A model generated the notes under the pieces. The model worked only from the letters and a program-made list of their open reading frames with translations. It made no database searches and had not been told where the DNA came from. A stretch of DNA of 64,000 nucleotides from Camelus dromedarius (taxonomy: Eukaryota): assembly GCF_036321535.1 (NCBI RefSeq), contig NC_087437.1:104410001-104474000 (forward strand). The letters are read 5' to 3'. Below, one piece after another: positions 25,609-38,329 of the stretch (position 1 is its first letter; the number at the start of each line of letters is the position of its first letter). A program made the translations under genes and the position numbers.

Positions 25609-26244
25609 ATGGGTTCAGTAAAATCCCAATAAGAATGCAACTGAGTGTAGAAATTTTCAATCTGATATCAAAATACATAGAGAGAAATACAAAGAGCTGA
25701 TAAGAGCCATGATAATCTTGAAAAATATATTGAAGCAAAGACCTTCCATTACCAGACATAAAGCTATAATACATGAGACTTTCTATTAGTGTCAGGACAG
25801 ACAAACAACAATGGGACAGAACACAGACCCAGTAATATTAGCCTTGCTAACACAATGTCACTTGAATTAAAATAAGGATGGAACTACATTATAATAAAAG
25901 TATTTCTTTTTAAATAAATGGTAGTGCCTCAAACTAGATAACCATATAGAAACAAGAAATTCTTGAACTCTAGTTCACATGATACACAAAATAAATTTGG
26001 ATAGACTGTAGACGTAACCTTCATAATCTTTGGGTAGATTATGTTCTAATGGGACATAGAAGAAATAACAAACTATAGATAAAAATAAAATATAGCTAAT
26101 CAGAAGATATAACATGAATATAAAATATCAAGTTATTAGAAATAATAATTGAAATTATTATACATATAATTTATATATTATATATTGAATGTATATATAA
26201 AGGATTCACATTTTATAAATAACATCTAAAAGAGTATGAAGCAG

Positions 26245-26805
26245 TATTACATGAAATGGTGAAGTAGGCAGTTCTAGGAGTCTGTCATTCCACCAAAATA
26301 AGTAAACTAGAAAAAAAAAAACCCAGAATCAACAATTTGATGCCTAATAAACCTGATCTGACACTTACAAAACCAGGACAGAGCATTGATAGAGAAAAAG
26401 CTACTTATCTTGAGAAGGATAACATTGTGTATAGCACCCACCATTCTCCATTTCTTAGCCCTGTCCTGGCAACAGAATAGCCACCTGCTTGCCTGGAGCA
26501 GCTGACTGGTGCCATTAAGGTCAGTGGAGATTTTTTCCTGTGAAAATTTGGTGTCAGGCATTTGGTCATACTGGCAAATTATTGCGGGATGTGAGGGGGA
26601 GAGGGAGCTTTTGCCCTCTAAAGTTGCAGTAGCTTCCTCCTCTGGCATTTACTAAAATACTTAAAGATTGGTTAAGATTTAACATTTGGACAGCACTTAT
26701 TTTTGAGCCAGACATTAATGATAATCTTTGCCAGGTAATTGGCTGATGCAGAGAAAACAGATGAAAAAAAAAAAAAATCAGTGGCCACGCACAACAGGGA
26801 CTACA
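26245..26805 (+). mobile_element. Old LINE-1 5' UTR fragment (L1M4/L1MD-like)
   Basis: AAATGGTGAAGTAGGCAGTTCTAGG..AAAACCCAGAATCAAC..TCAGTGGCCACGCACAACAGGGACTACA. Confidence 0.5.
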
Positions 26806-26978
26806 TGTGGTGGTGGTTAATTTTATGTGTCAACTTGACTGGGCTAAGAGATGCCCGGATTGCTGATAAAATCTTGTTTCTGGTTGTGTCTGTAAGGGTT
26901 TTTCCAGAAGAGTTTAGCATTTGAATCACCCGACCAAGGAAAGAAGATCCCCTCACCATTGTGGTCAGGCATCATTCT
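26806..26978 (+). mobile_element. MLT2 (ERVL) LTR, 5' part only
   Basis: TGTGGTGGTGGTTAATTTTATGTGTCAACTTGACTGGGCTAAGAGATGCCCGGATTGCTGATAAA..TTTCCAGAAGAGTTTAGCATTTGAATC. Confidence 0.9.
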
Positions 26979-26979
26979 T

Positions 26980-27370
26980 TATGGAAAATACTATATAAAA
27001 ATATATGAGTCAGTCTTAAAAGAGAAGCAAATTCTGTTACTTACAAATTTACAACATGGATGAAGCTGGAACGCATTATGCTAAATGAAGTAAGCTACAC
27101 AGAAAAAGACAAATCCTGAATGTTATCAGTTAGATGTGGAATCTTGAAAAAAAGTCAAACTCAGAAACACAGAGTAAAAAAAGTGGTTGCCAAGGGCTGG
27201 CAGTGATACTATAGTTGGTAACACTGTATTTTTAATTCAGATTGGTCAAGAACATAGAATGTAAATGTTCTCACACACAAAAAAGGAAATATATGAGGCT
27301 ATGTGATAGATGTATTAATTACCTCAATGGAGGGAATCCTTTCATAGTGTGTATGGATATCAAGCCATGG
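26980..27370 (+). mobile_element. LINE-1 3' end (L1MA-like)
   Basis: ACAACATGGATGAAGCTGGAACGCATTATGCTAAATGAAGTAAGC..ACAGAAAAAGACAAAT..GTGGTTGCCAAGGGCTGG. Confidence 0.85.
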
Positions 27371-28102
27371 GACCTTGTTTATCTTCTTTAATACAAAATC
27401 CTCACACCTAAAACTAGGCTGTCACCTAAGCCTACTTCTGAACATATATGTTGCATAAATGACAACATTATTTGCTACAGGTTTTTATTATGTGTCAAAC
27501 TCCTACTTGTTTGTTTTAGCGAAGTCTTTAACATACTAATTTCTCTGTTCTTGAAACTGAACAATAATCTAATTATGTTTTTCTGTGCTTTAGCTATGTA
27601 CTTATTTTTAACTGATGGATTTTCAATCACACATTTAAACAAAACCCTGTACTAATTAGTACTAAGCTATGAGTATGAAGAGTGAGGCCTTAAACCTAAT
27701 GCTAGATTATATTTTAAAGGATATCTAATTTAATGTTCACATTTATTTGATATACTAATCTACAAAGGGCATTGAATATTTGGAACACACATAAATATTT
27801 AATTTTACTTAGAGTATATTATTTAAATCACATGAAAATCACATTTTGTTTAATTACATTTATACACAATCATCATAAGACTACCTTTTCAGGAAGAAAC
27901 CGGCAAAAGAGTGTCTTTTCAGAAAGGAAGGATATGAAGAAACCACATTCCATGTTTGGCATTTTGAAATGGAACCAACTTGGCATTTCTGATGTCAGGA
28001 TTAGGGTCACAAACTCCTGTGTCTTTAGGTATCATATACATTTCTTAAAACTATGCAAGTAGAGCAGACCCAATCAAGACAACAGCAGTGATGGAATTGT
28101 GT

Positions 28103-28270
28103 TGTTAGGGAAGGGGAAATTTCCCCCTCTACCCGTCTTGACTTCTTGTGGCTGGGCTAATAATAAAATTGACATAAGACAGATAAACAGGAGAAAAGGA
28201 AACAAATTTTAATTCACACACATGGAAATGGGACCTAAGAAGTGGCCAAAGCAGGCAGTTTTTATATAGA
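28103..28270 (-). mobile_element. ERV1-type LTR, 3' portion only
   Basis: Reverse complement reads TATATAAAA..AATTAAAATTTGTTTCCTTTTCTCCTGTTTATCTGTCTTATGTCAATTTTATTATTAGCCCAGCC..TTCCCTAACA. Confidence 0.65.
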
Positions 28271-28516
28271 ATCAGCTCCTGCACAATCAGAGAATTGTGT
28301 AGGAGCTCATTACACAACCTGCAATTCTTGCCCTCACTTTGCCTTTAAAAACCCTTTCCTGAAGTCCCTGGAGAGTCTGGGTCTTTTGAGCATTAATTGC
28401 CTTTGCTCCTTGCTCGGTTCCTGTAGTAAACACTGCATTTTCCTTCACTACAACCCCGTGTCAGTAGTTTGGCTTTACTGCATGAGGGTGAGCAAACCAA
28501 AGTTCATTCAGTAACA
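28271..28516 (+). mobile_element. ERV1-type LTR (different family), 3' portion only
   Basis: GCCTTTAAAAACCCTTTCCTG..AGTAAACACTGCATTTTCCTTCACTACAACCCCGTGTCAGTAGTTTGGCTTTACTG..TCAGTAACA. Confidence 0.65.
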
Positions 28517-28803
28517 ACTGAGGCACATTTGAAACAGGGGTGACCTACCCTGGCCCCCAACAGTGGAGATATGTACCTTACTTAGTTATTTCTGTTTATC
28601 ACAAACACTCTGCTCACCAAGTAAAACATGTCTGTAATATATTCTGTTACACTTTTGTACCTATATGTATCTAGATTAATAAACAGATTTGCAGATCTTA
28701 CTGTATAGTTACATAGTGAATGTGCTACGCAGCCTGTCCTAAAGTGAATCATAGGTATCAATTTTTATTATGAATTGTAGGACTCACATTGAAAAGGTAA
28801 AGA

Positions 28804-29461
28804 TGAGACAGGAGGGAAGGGGGCAGGGCACAGCCATTCAAGGAATGACATGGCAATTAACACCGAAATGGCAGAAGATTCAACTCCCAGTAGGCCTTGA
28901 GGATCAAGATGGTGGGAGATTTGACTTCCAGTAGACCTTGAGCTTCATTATATGCTCAATGTAATATATTAGCATGGTAAATAACATGTCCACAGGAGCC
29001 ATGACAGTCCCAAGGCTAATCACAAAAGATAAAAGAGTGGGCAGTGATCCAGTTCCTGGGAATCCCAGCCCCTTCCCCAGGGTAGTTGGAATGGTCCTCC
29101 ACTTGTTGATGTGTGAAGCTACCAAGCCCATAAAAAATGGCAACACTGCACCTCATGGCCTCTCTCGCTCTCTTGTCTTTGGAGATGGACTGCACTCTGT
29201 CTATAGAGTGTGTTTCTATTTTTACTTTAACCTGAGCACCCAACCCCCACACCCCGTGGCCTTTTGCCTTCTGAAACAGCCTACACTCTATGTAGTATGT
29301 TATCTCTCTAAATAAATCTATCTTTACCCAACTGTGGCTCACTCTTGAATTCTATTCTGTGCAAAGCCAAGGACCCACACGTGGCAGGGCACGTCCCAGG
29401 GACTCAATTGAGATGTGAGACACGGTCCTCCTCTCGCCCCACATTCATTTTCCCTGTATCA
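28804..29461 (+). mobile_element. ERV1-type solo LTR (copy A of a family also present at 40822-41446)
   Basis: TGAGACAGG...CCTGTATCA termini, TSD AAGA/AATA, TATA-like CATAAAAA and AATAAA in the R region; alignable along its length to the reverse complement of 40822-41446. Confidence 0.9.
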
Positions 29462-31414
29462 AATATACTTCAAAATTTGTTTCAAGAATGTTTTAACAAA
29501 CCTTTATTTCAAACTCATACTAATGAAGTACAAAAACTCAAACTTTTTTTATACCTGGCATTCTAATGTCTTCATCAAAATTTATATTAATTTTATCAAT
29601 GCAATAACTACTTACATATCAAATATAAGAGTAAAAATGGTTACAGTAACATTCTACTATGTACAAACAGCACTTGAATACCACAGCACATTGTCATTCT
29701 TGAGAAATGCTGTTATATGAAGGCTGTCTTATGCATAAGTACTTCTATGAATCAATTCTCCAAATTTAAAACAATTGTTAAATTACTTAACTGACAAGTA
29801 GGGCATTTCTTCATCTTAGAATGTTCTTCATCATTTTTCTTCTCGACTTGTTTTTGTCCTAAAAATATTTCAAGAAAAATCAAATTTTGCCTATTTTATT
29901 CTGCCAAATTACTGAAGTTCATCCAAGTTCCAATTGTGTATAATCAATCAAAGTCCATTTAATGCTAAAAGTGAGGTTTTAACACTACTTATTTTCTCTC
30001 ATAGATATTTACTATAATAATGTCATTTTAAGAAAAAATATTCAAATTTTCCTTCTTATAAAAAAGATATTCTCTGTAATCCCTTCTTCTTGATCTATGT
30101 AAGATTTATAAAGCAGTTACCTCTCATATCTGGCAGACCAGGTAAAGGGTTAAGTATCTCTTATGTTGATGTAATAAAAGCTCAGGGAGAGATACAGATT
30201 CACTGAGATTCTAAAATACTGTGATTTAAAAAAATACTGTAAGCCCATAACTAACAATAGTTGTGAACATCTATGTCTTGATTTTTTTTAATCTAATATT
30301 TAACAAATGGATACTATTTCACAACAATGGTTCCTATCTCAAGTATGTCACTTACTAAATATTAAGATATGTTCCAAAAAAGTATAGTAAATGAAGATTT
30401 AACAGTAAATAATACATTTATTTATATATATATATATAAAGCCTATAATATACTCTATCTCTATATATAAACAGGTCCATAATATATTCCATCTAGATAC
30501 ATGTATAGATAGATCTAGATTAACAGAAAAATTAAAGTTATTTAAGGTCATAGTTATTTATTAATTTAGAAATTTAGGCTGTTGGTGATGGCTAGTTAGA
30601 AGTCTCCAAACCAAGCAAAGCAAATAAATACTGTCTGGAGAGGAAACCTGATGAAGAGAAATGTTGGAGAGAGCATTTGATATGAGTCTCCACGGGGACG
30701 TTGCTACCCACTTTGCCCCATGCCTACTGAAAAGGCTTTCATGGCATCACCAAGAGCTTGAAGTTCATACACTGTGACCTGTGGAGAACACCATAGAATG
30801 ATGCCTGACTCATGCTTAAGAGTGATGGAAGTAGTTGCTTTGGGTTGGTCTGCGCACTCAGATGGTTCGGAGCACAGTCAACAGGCCACAAGTGAGTCAA
30901 CATGGCCATTTTAACGAGAGTCCCAGAGAACCACAAGGAAAGGTGGAGACTTCAACAGTGAGAGTCTGTGTGGAAAGGATGATGGCAATACTAGGAATGA
31001 GCTAAACATTCATCCGTTACATCACAGGAATTGTGATGGGGGTGGGAATACAGCATAGGAATCTCTGAGGAGCATCTTAAAGACACGATGAGAGAAAGTG
31101 TTCACAAAGCACACCTGCTAGTGCTGAGCTACGAAGGACCTGGACCAATCACCTGTCGAATACTGAGAAAGAATGTTCCTGCTCCCCTCTTTAGATCCTC
31201 CTCTGCCTTTTAACCCCAGCTGTGTGTTAAAATCATCTATGGTTTTTCACTTACTGTAAGTGACAAGTCCTAATCTTGATTTGGGAAATACGAATTTCTA
31301 GCCAAAATTATGAATTCATAAGACATCTGTCAAGACTTGTGCTGAAACTACGGTACTTTCACTGTCTGTCCTTTGCTGCTTAACTCACTGGGATAGAAGC
31401 CAACTTCACATTAA

Positions 31415-31665
31415 CCTTCTGATAGAATAAGGGCCCCTCAAATATGTCCTCACCCTAATACACAGGTGCCTGTTAATCTGTTACCTTATATGGAAAAAGA
31501 CCTTTGAAGATGTGATTAAGTTGAGGGTCTTGAGATGGTACAGTTTTCATGGACTGTCTGTATGGGTCCAATGTAATCATAAGGGTTCCTATAAAAGACA
31601 GGTTGGAGGATCAGCATCAAAGACAATGTGACGGTGAAAGCAAAGACTATAGATAAATATAGATC

Positions 31666-31723
<58 letters not shown>

Positions 31724-31995
31724 TAGGAGAGAGAGAGAAAAGAGGGGACAGAACTTTGATGATGCTATGTTGCCTTTGAAGGTAGACGAAGGGGCCATAA
31801 GCCATGGGATACAGATGGCCTCCAGACACTAGCAAGGCAAGGAAGAGGATTCTCCCCTAAAACCTCCAGATGAAGTGCAGCCTGCCAACCCACTTCAGAC
31901 TTCTAAAATCCAAAACTTTGATATAATCATTTTGCTATATCTTAAGCCACTACATTTGTGATACGTTGCCATAGCAGCAACAGGAAACTAATACA
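31415..31995 (+). mobile_element. MaLR solo LTR, MLT1D-like
   Basis: AGAATAAGGGCCCCTCAAATATGTCC..GATGTGATTAAGTTGAGGGTCTTGAGATGG..GCAAGGCAAGGAAGAGGATTCTCCCCTA..GCAGCAACAGGAAACTAATACA. Confidence 0.9.
31671..31720. repeat. (GT)25 microsatellite
   Basis: Read directly; explains the THTHTH ORFs. Confidence 0.95.
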
Positions 31996-33396
31996 CCCAC
32001 TCATCAAATTTTAGAGTTTCAGTGGCTGGTAAATGATTGGAGCAGGAATGATGCCTGGAGCTAAGAGGGACACTGCCCGATACAGCCAGCTCAAAACAGT
32101 TATTCCCAAGCTTCCTAAATGTAAGTGTCCTTGGGTCAGTGTCCTGAGAAATCAAAACTCTAATTTTAGCATAAATTCCAACACACTCTTACCTGTCTTC
32201 CAGTGCAAGTTTAAGAAATGTATCCTGAATATTCAGAGACTTGCAATGTTGCCAAAACTTGTTTCAAAAGACACAGACGTTCAGCCGGAGTCACAGAAGC
32301 CTTGTTGGTTTTGAGTCCAAATGTCCTCAGAGGTCATTTTCTTTAAATTGTTCATTTGGCAATTCAGCTTCTGGGAAATCAGGTGCTTGCCATCTCTGCA
32401 ACATTTTCTAAAGCAGTCAGACACATTTTGGCCTGGCTGAGATACAAATTCCCCTTCCCCTTGGGAGGGAATTGCATCTTTAAAAATAACATTTTATCTT
32501 TTGCTAGCGGCAGGTCAGCACTTTTATTTTATGTAAAACCTCTTTCCTCAGGGCGCTGACATGCTAACACCTTAACAAGCATGCCCAAGGTCGTGGTTGC
32601 GTTTGTGACCATATGGACTTTCCTCTCTTGAAATAAGTTTTTCTGGGCGGTTAATTACATTTTGTTTTGCTTGAGGCCATTCAGAGCCACATGCAGGCAC
32701 TTAAGATTATCATCTTCTTGTTTGTCTTTTCTAAGGGTTTCTCTTAGTGCTAAGAAGAATTATGTTATCATCAGAACTAACTGGTTGCTTTCACAAATGC
32801 TTAGCTTACTTTCCTTTTGTTGGACATCTAGTATTTGAAAACACTCTGAAGGAACCTTTCAAATGTGGCCTTTTCACCATCCATTGGAATTCAGCAAGTG
32901 AGCAGTGCTTTCGAGTTCCACCCTCATCTCTGCAAACCATTTCCAACTGTGTCATCTATCAAAATAAACTGACAACAATTCTAAGAGTTTTAATCGACCC
33001 ATTATGCAAACCATCCGTGGCCTGAATCATAGCAAACCCAGATGTAGTGCCTACGTTAAATTGCTACAAATCATATTTTGTAAAATGTGGGATGTGAGAT
33101 GTAATGCTTCTTTTTTTTTTTTTTCTGTTAGTCAATTTAATCTCCGCTCTAAAGCAAACCTGGCTCAAAGCTGATGTCAAATTCAAACTCAGTTATCCTT
33201 GACTGTCTCTGTTCAGCTTGAGTTTGGTTAATAAGTCAGAATAATATATGTGCACATTTACTTCTTCAAATTGAGTCCTTCATTCCTCTAAAAATTGGAT
33301 TTTCATATTAAAGTTGCTTTACGAAGTGTTAATATTTGAAGCCTATGATAGTTCTAAACATCCTTTATTAAACCTTTCATCTTTAGTTCATTGTTT

Positions 33397-34251
33397 TGTT
33401 AAAAACAAGACAACCGGCCTAAAACGGAGTTGTTTAAGTTAAGTCTTGCCAGCTAAAATTTGTCATTCAGTATCTAGCTTTACAAGAATGAAGTCACAAG
33501 CCACTGCAGTTGCTGATCTTCAACATACCCTGAAAGGAGCTCAGGGTGGAGATCAGGAATGAGGCGCTCTGTGCCCTGGGAAAAACTGGCAGAACAGGCC
33601 TCCACATAGATATTTTCAGGAGAAGATTTTATGAGCCCAGTTTCTTGCATCTTCTCATATCCAGGAGAGCACTAAAGTCATTAAAGGAGACATCTGCTCC
33701 TCGTGACTAGCAAGAACCTTCCACCACAATGTGTGCTTGACTGCACGTGTCCCCCTTTACTAAAATCGCATATATTCCGACTCCCCCCGACACCTAAGCA
33801 GTTCCTCAGAGCTGTCTAAGAAGATGTCTGCCTGCCATTCTCCTCCTTTCGCCCCCAGTAAAACTTAAATCACAGCTCTCACCTTGTGCTTTTTTTTTTT
33901 TTTTCTCAAAGTCAAAGCTCCAAGTCACCAAACTGAGATTTACCTTAATCACAGTTTGGGCTCTCCCAAAAATGGACTCTTAAGCCAGCCAGTCAGGAAT
34001 CATCAGGTCAGCACTAGTTAGGTCCTCTGCCTGATAGACTTCCGGCATTCCCTAAAGGAATCTTACAATAACCCATCTGCTTTGGGGCCTAGTTTAATTT
34101 CCTTGTTCCTACTCCCTTGTCCCTATAAAAGTCTTTTATTTTATACAACTCCTATCGGTCTGCTAGATTGGACGCTTCCAAATTCATGATTTGTTGAATA
34201 AAGCCAAAACGATCTTTAAAATTTACTCAGTTGCGTTTTGTTTTTTTAACA
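33397..34251 (+). mobile_element. ERV1-type solo LTR (MER34-like) inserted in a MIR and itself interrupted
   Basis: TGTTAAAA...TTTTAACA termini with perfect GTTT TSD. CCTATAAAAG and GAATAAAAGCCAA in the 3' half. MIR text resumes afterwards (CAGATGAGGGAAAATCTCAGGCACAGAG). Confidence 0.8.
33447..33916 (+). mobile_element. Younger ERV1-type solo LTR nested in the MER34-like LTR
   Basis: TGCCAGC start. Its 3' end (GCAGTTCCTCAGAGCTGTCTAAGAAG..AGTAAAACTTAAATCACAGCTCTCACCTTGTGC..AGTCAA) resembles the 3' end of the LTR at 52904-53381. Confidence 0.75.
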
Positions 34252-35109
34252 GTTTGTTCCAGATGAGGGAAAATCTCAGGCACAGAGTATTACGTCATTT
34301 GTGCATGTTGGCACTCAAGATTTTATTTGAAGTTACTTGCTTTAGATGACAAGATTAATTTTATACACTAATAAAATCAGGCCATACTGTTACTATTCTG
34401 TGTGTATGTTACACCAACACAGTCTTCTTTCACTCCCGATCGGGGTCAAATTAACTGAAGTTTAACCACTATGAAGTGCAGTGCGACCCTGTGTTCACCT
34501 CTGTCCCCGCTAGAAAATGCCTCCTAGGCATCTTCATTTCTGTCTCCATTTGTGACATATATACATGTTTTAGGCTGATGAACAAAATTAAAAATCATAT
34601 TGAGTTTAAAGTGCAAGTAAGAGCCAGTAATTCTCAGTCTGCCTTTCCCCACACTTTTCCCAGTGATGCTAGTTTTTGTCTCAGGCTCTGCTTTCTGGGA
34701 ACTGAGATTAAGTAAGATACAGAGGCGTGGTCTTAATTTCCCAACTTAATGCATTTTGCAAAAAGATTTACCGTTCTACGGCATTTAATAGTAACACCAG
34801 AATGGATTAGTCTTCTGTTTTGAAAATTACAAGATCTCAAAGGGCTTCCAATCCCCACCTAAAAAATGTCTCTGGAGCTGGAGTATCACTGAGCTTCACT
34901 CGGAGTCAGTTGTGCTGGGATGTGTTTGCCCTGTTGAGTGCTCAGTGTTGTGGGTGTGGTGCTTTTCTATTCCTGCTGTGTTGTTGGGCCATTGACACTC
35001 CGTCAACATGTCAAAAGCTGCTGCTCTGATTCAGGCATATATGGGAAAATATCCTACTCCAAAAAAGGCTTCTCTAATTTCTCCCTCTATCCATTATTTT
35101 AAAGTGTTC

Positions 35110-35390
35110 TATATGAGTTAGGATTACATTCATGCAGTAGAAACTATAAAAAATATGGCTCTAGCAAGATTAAATTGTAGTTCTGTTTTATGTTTACAAA
35201 AGACTTCTAGCCCAGAGTTGTGAGGGCAGCTTGGAACAGTCATCTAAAGCCAAGATCTTCCTGTCGCAATGCTCGACCATCCTCATCCTCAGCCATAAGT
35301 CTGCTGTCTCATAGTTCAAGAAGGCTGCTTGAGGTCCTGCCATCAGAGATCATTCCAACCAGCAGGAAAGGGATGAAGAAAGATACAAGA
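35110..35390 (-). mobile_element. Very old MaLR LTR fragment (MLT1K/L-like)
   Basis: AGTTAGGATTACATTC..ATGGCTCTAGCAAG..CTCATAGTTCAAGAAGGCTGCT..CATTCCAACCAGCAGGAA. Confidence 0.5.
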
Positions 35391-37159
35391 GTGTTCATTC
35401 TACAGTAAATAGTCACTTGCCATCAGCTCTCTATGTGACTCTGGTCTTGGATTCTGTTTCTTTTCTAGGAAGTCTATTGTCTAAATTTTGGAAGCTGATC
35501 TGAGAAGAGAGAGCAGATTCAAGACATTCACACCAGAATCTGATTCTCATGTTTTCTTTCTTATTTTCTCTTTCACCAGAATTTTATCCCCCATTCCTGC
35601 TCCGGTGCAGGAGAAAAGTAGGAGAAGAGGGGTGACAGGATAGAGAGATATGAAAAAAAGAATTAAAAAATATATCACAGCAAATATTCCTTAGCACAAT
35701 CATTTTATTTTACACTGAAACCACAGACTTTTAGAAAAACCAAGATATTGATATGATTGTTTTACAACTCTGGTGCAGGTCATTGACAAGTTTAGTCTCA
35801 GTGAGTTCAGGACATTCAGGCAAGGGTGTCCCAAACTTGTCAAGATGGTGGAAGTAGGCAGTTTAGATGAAACACTTTGATTTATTTCCTACCATATATA
35901 TTACTTCCTTATATTTGTAACTTGACTGGGGTGGTGCTGAGTTCATATAAGCAAAGTTGGTCCCAGATTGTAAGCTTTTTAAAATCTCCAGATAAAAGCT
36001 CATCCAGCTCTGTATGTAATAGTCCACGTAGGCACTTAACAAGAGGTTCATTTATTTTTATGGTTCCATGCGTGCCTGAGCCCCACCTCCTAGAAACTTC
36101 TTTCCAGTGGAACAATGGAAGAGCTTAGGCATTTTCCATTTTGAGAAACTCTAATGGAAATTGTAAGGCACCTATGTTAACAGCAGAGGAAAACTTAGGC
36201 ACACGTGCCCATGACCAGAGCTGTCAAGAGAATGTGAACTGAAGGCGATGTTTGTGGGTAAGGACTCTCGTGGAGCTGAGAAAGAAGGACAGAATCACTA
36301 GGAAGTTCAGTTATTAAAAAATGTACTTGATTAGGAAAACTAAAGGTGGGGCTTGACTTTTGTGCACTCACTTTGCAATTATTTCTGCAGTGCCCAGCTC
36401 ACACGTAAAGGAAGTCCACCTTTGCATAGGTATGTGTGAATTAAAGGATAGGAGCACGTCCTAAATGATCTAGTAAATAGACTTCTTGTGATAACCTACC
36501 TGCGTTTTTATATAGTTAGTTAGAATAAACCATTCCATAATACTGAGGCTTTTAGAATTCTCCTGTTGCCTTTGTTGGAAAAAAATAAAGCTTCTCTCAA
36601 TATATGTACACACATACAATAATGTACATGCAAACATTTTTTGCAGATGATCACCTTCTAAATATTCTTCCTAGATCTCATGTTAAGATAAAGAAGACCC
36701 CAAGCAAAGATGTTTTCACATTTTTGCTCTACAAGTGAGGAAGCTGTTTACACAAATACACACTCATAGGAGGAATGCAGAAGACAGATTCTGTTCAACT
36801 GCAGTTCCTCTGTCTTTTCCAAAGCACAAAACAAATTTCAAATGGGGCCATAAAATAACCTTAATCCTCCACTTATATTAGGTTTAATGATCGCACCAAA
36901 GGGCTCTTCCGTGAAGCTTACTCCACATGCCTCTCAGCCTTCCTGCTATGGGCTATTACAGAAAATTGATAAATAACTGTATATATTTATAGAGAGAGAG
37001 GGAGAGGGAGAATAAGAGTAAGTTCACATAACATTTAAAAAAAAAAAAGCATTATTTTGATAAATTTTAAAAGACTTCTGGCCAGGGAGGTGACGTTACC
37101 GCATCTCTACAAGACGTAATTGAAGATGCAGCACCGCAGACGGACTATCGCATGAAGAA

Positions 37160-37350
37160 TGGAGATAGGGTTTGAATGTAGGCTTTGTCACTTACTAGGC
37201 GGGAGGCATTAGTAAGTTTCTTGATTTTGCTGAATTTCATGTTTCTCAATTGTAAAATGAACATAATGAAACTGAATAATATTTTTGAGGTTCTGTCATA
37301 CTTTATTCTACAAACATGCTTGTTAAACAAATTATGGCTATTATTATTAT
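37160..37350 (+). mobile_element. MIR SINE
   Basis: GGGTTTGAATGTAGGCTTTGTCACTTACTAG..TTTCATGTTTCTCAATTGTAAAATGAACATAAT..AACAAATTATGGCTATTATTATT. Confidence 0.7.
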
Positions 37351-38329
37351 CTTGTCATGTAACTTTAAATATAAGCTTGCCATTATTTTTCAATTGATAG
37401 AGATCAGGATACAAGATTATGTATTACAATAGAAGATAGGAGATAATCTGTTATAAGATTCCTTAAAAACAACCATTGAGTAAACTCATAAAATCCTCAC
37501 AAATTTCAAAATAATATCATCATAATGCATATTAATTATGGGAAATGGAAATTTGGTCTTATAATTCAAAGAGATCTTGAAGATGAATTACTTGTTCACA
37601 AACTTTATAGTCGCAGAGAAGCAAATGATGAGGAACACATTATCAATTCTGTGAACCACTACTGAGCTGATTTGTACCTGTATTGGACTACTTTATAAAT
37701 ACAAAGCTAGATAGAATGTGACACTTTCCCTTAATCAGTGCATGCAATTATTGAGATAAAAATGAAAAAGTATATCCTTGAATGAACCCAATACTCCTTT
37801 GATCTCATAATATTGTGTAAGGAAAACAATTATCTTAGTTGGACCATAATAAAGACATTGATTTTAATCTCTGGTATACTCTCTCATAGTTGAAAAATAT
37901 TTTGTTTATGAATTCCTATGAATAATCACTCCCATCCTTTTTTAATCAAGCTGAATAAAATAAAATATTTATGTTTATTTAAAAAATAGGACACTATTGA
38001 AAACACTTTTTTATAAGATGGTGGAAGTTTATACTATATTAATAGGGGAAAAGACTTCCAAGGTATATTAGTTTTTATTGTTATTTGTTGTTAACAAATA
38101 AATATGATTTCCAAGTCAACTGCTTTGATCTTAATACATATGCAAGATGCCTATCACAATGGTACATAGTGTGTGTTTTTTCAGTATTGGTGCAAGAGGA
38201 ATAAAATAATATAAAAATGTTTTTAAAAATCATTTCATTCAAATGTGACTTTTGTTATACATTATTTTATGTAGATTATAAGCAGAAGTTTACACATGCT
38301 ACTAAATATCTTTTCAAATAAATAAATGC

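Larger units (their letters stand above)
22900..26240 (+). mobile_element. Decayed LINE-1 ORF2 region hosting MER2, MLT1B and an ERV1-type LTR
   Basis: ORF 24751-24987 (PILHEHFRRKEIEIKILLNYFYETKIILICNPKKDITGKKNQQPICL) matches L1 ORF2p [44 protein letters not shown] 24395-24589 contains NKIHKPLSRQIKRK. Confidence 0.8.

Noticed and set aside
28904..29566. ORFs with paralogous peptides at 40749-41211 suggesting a duplicated gene
   Set aside because: The similarity comes from two copies of the same non-coding LTR, and reading frames are not preserved.
31589..31835. THTHTH-rich ORFs
   Set aside because: Translation of the (GT)25 microsatellite inside an MLT1D LTR.
32557..32586. Possible p53 response element (TGACATGCTA..AAGCATGCCC)
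   Set aside because: Only one perfect half-site and a 10-bp spacer, which is expected by chance.
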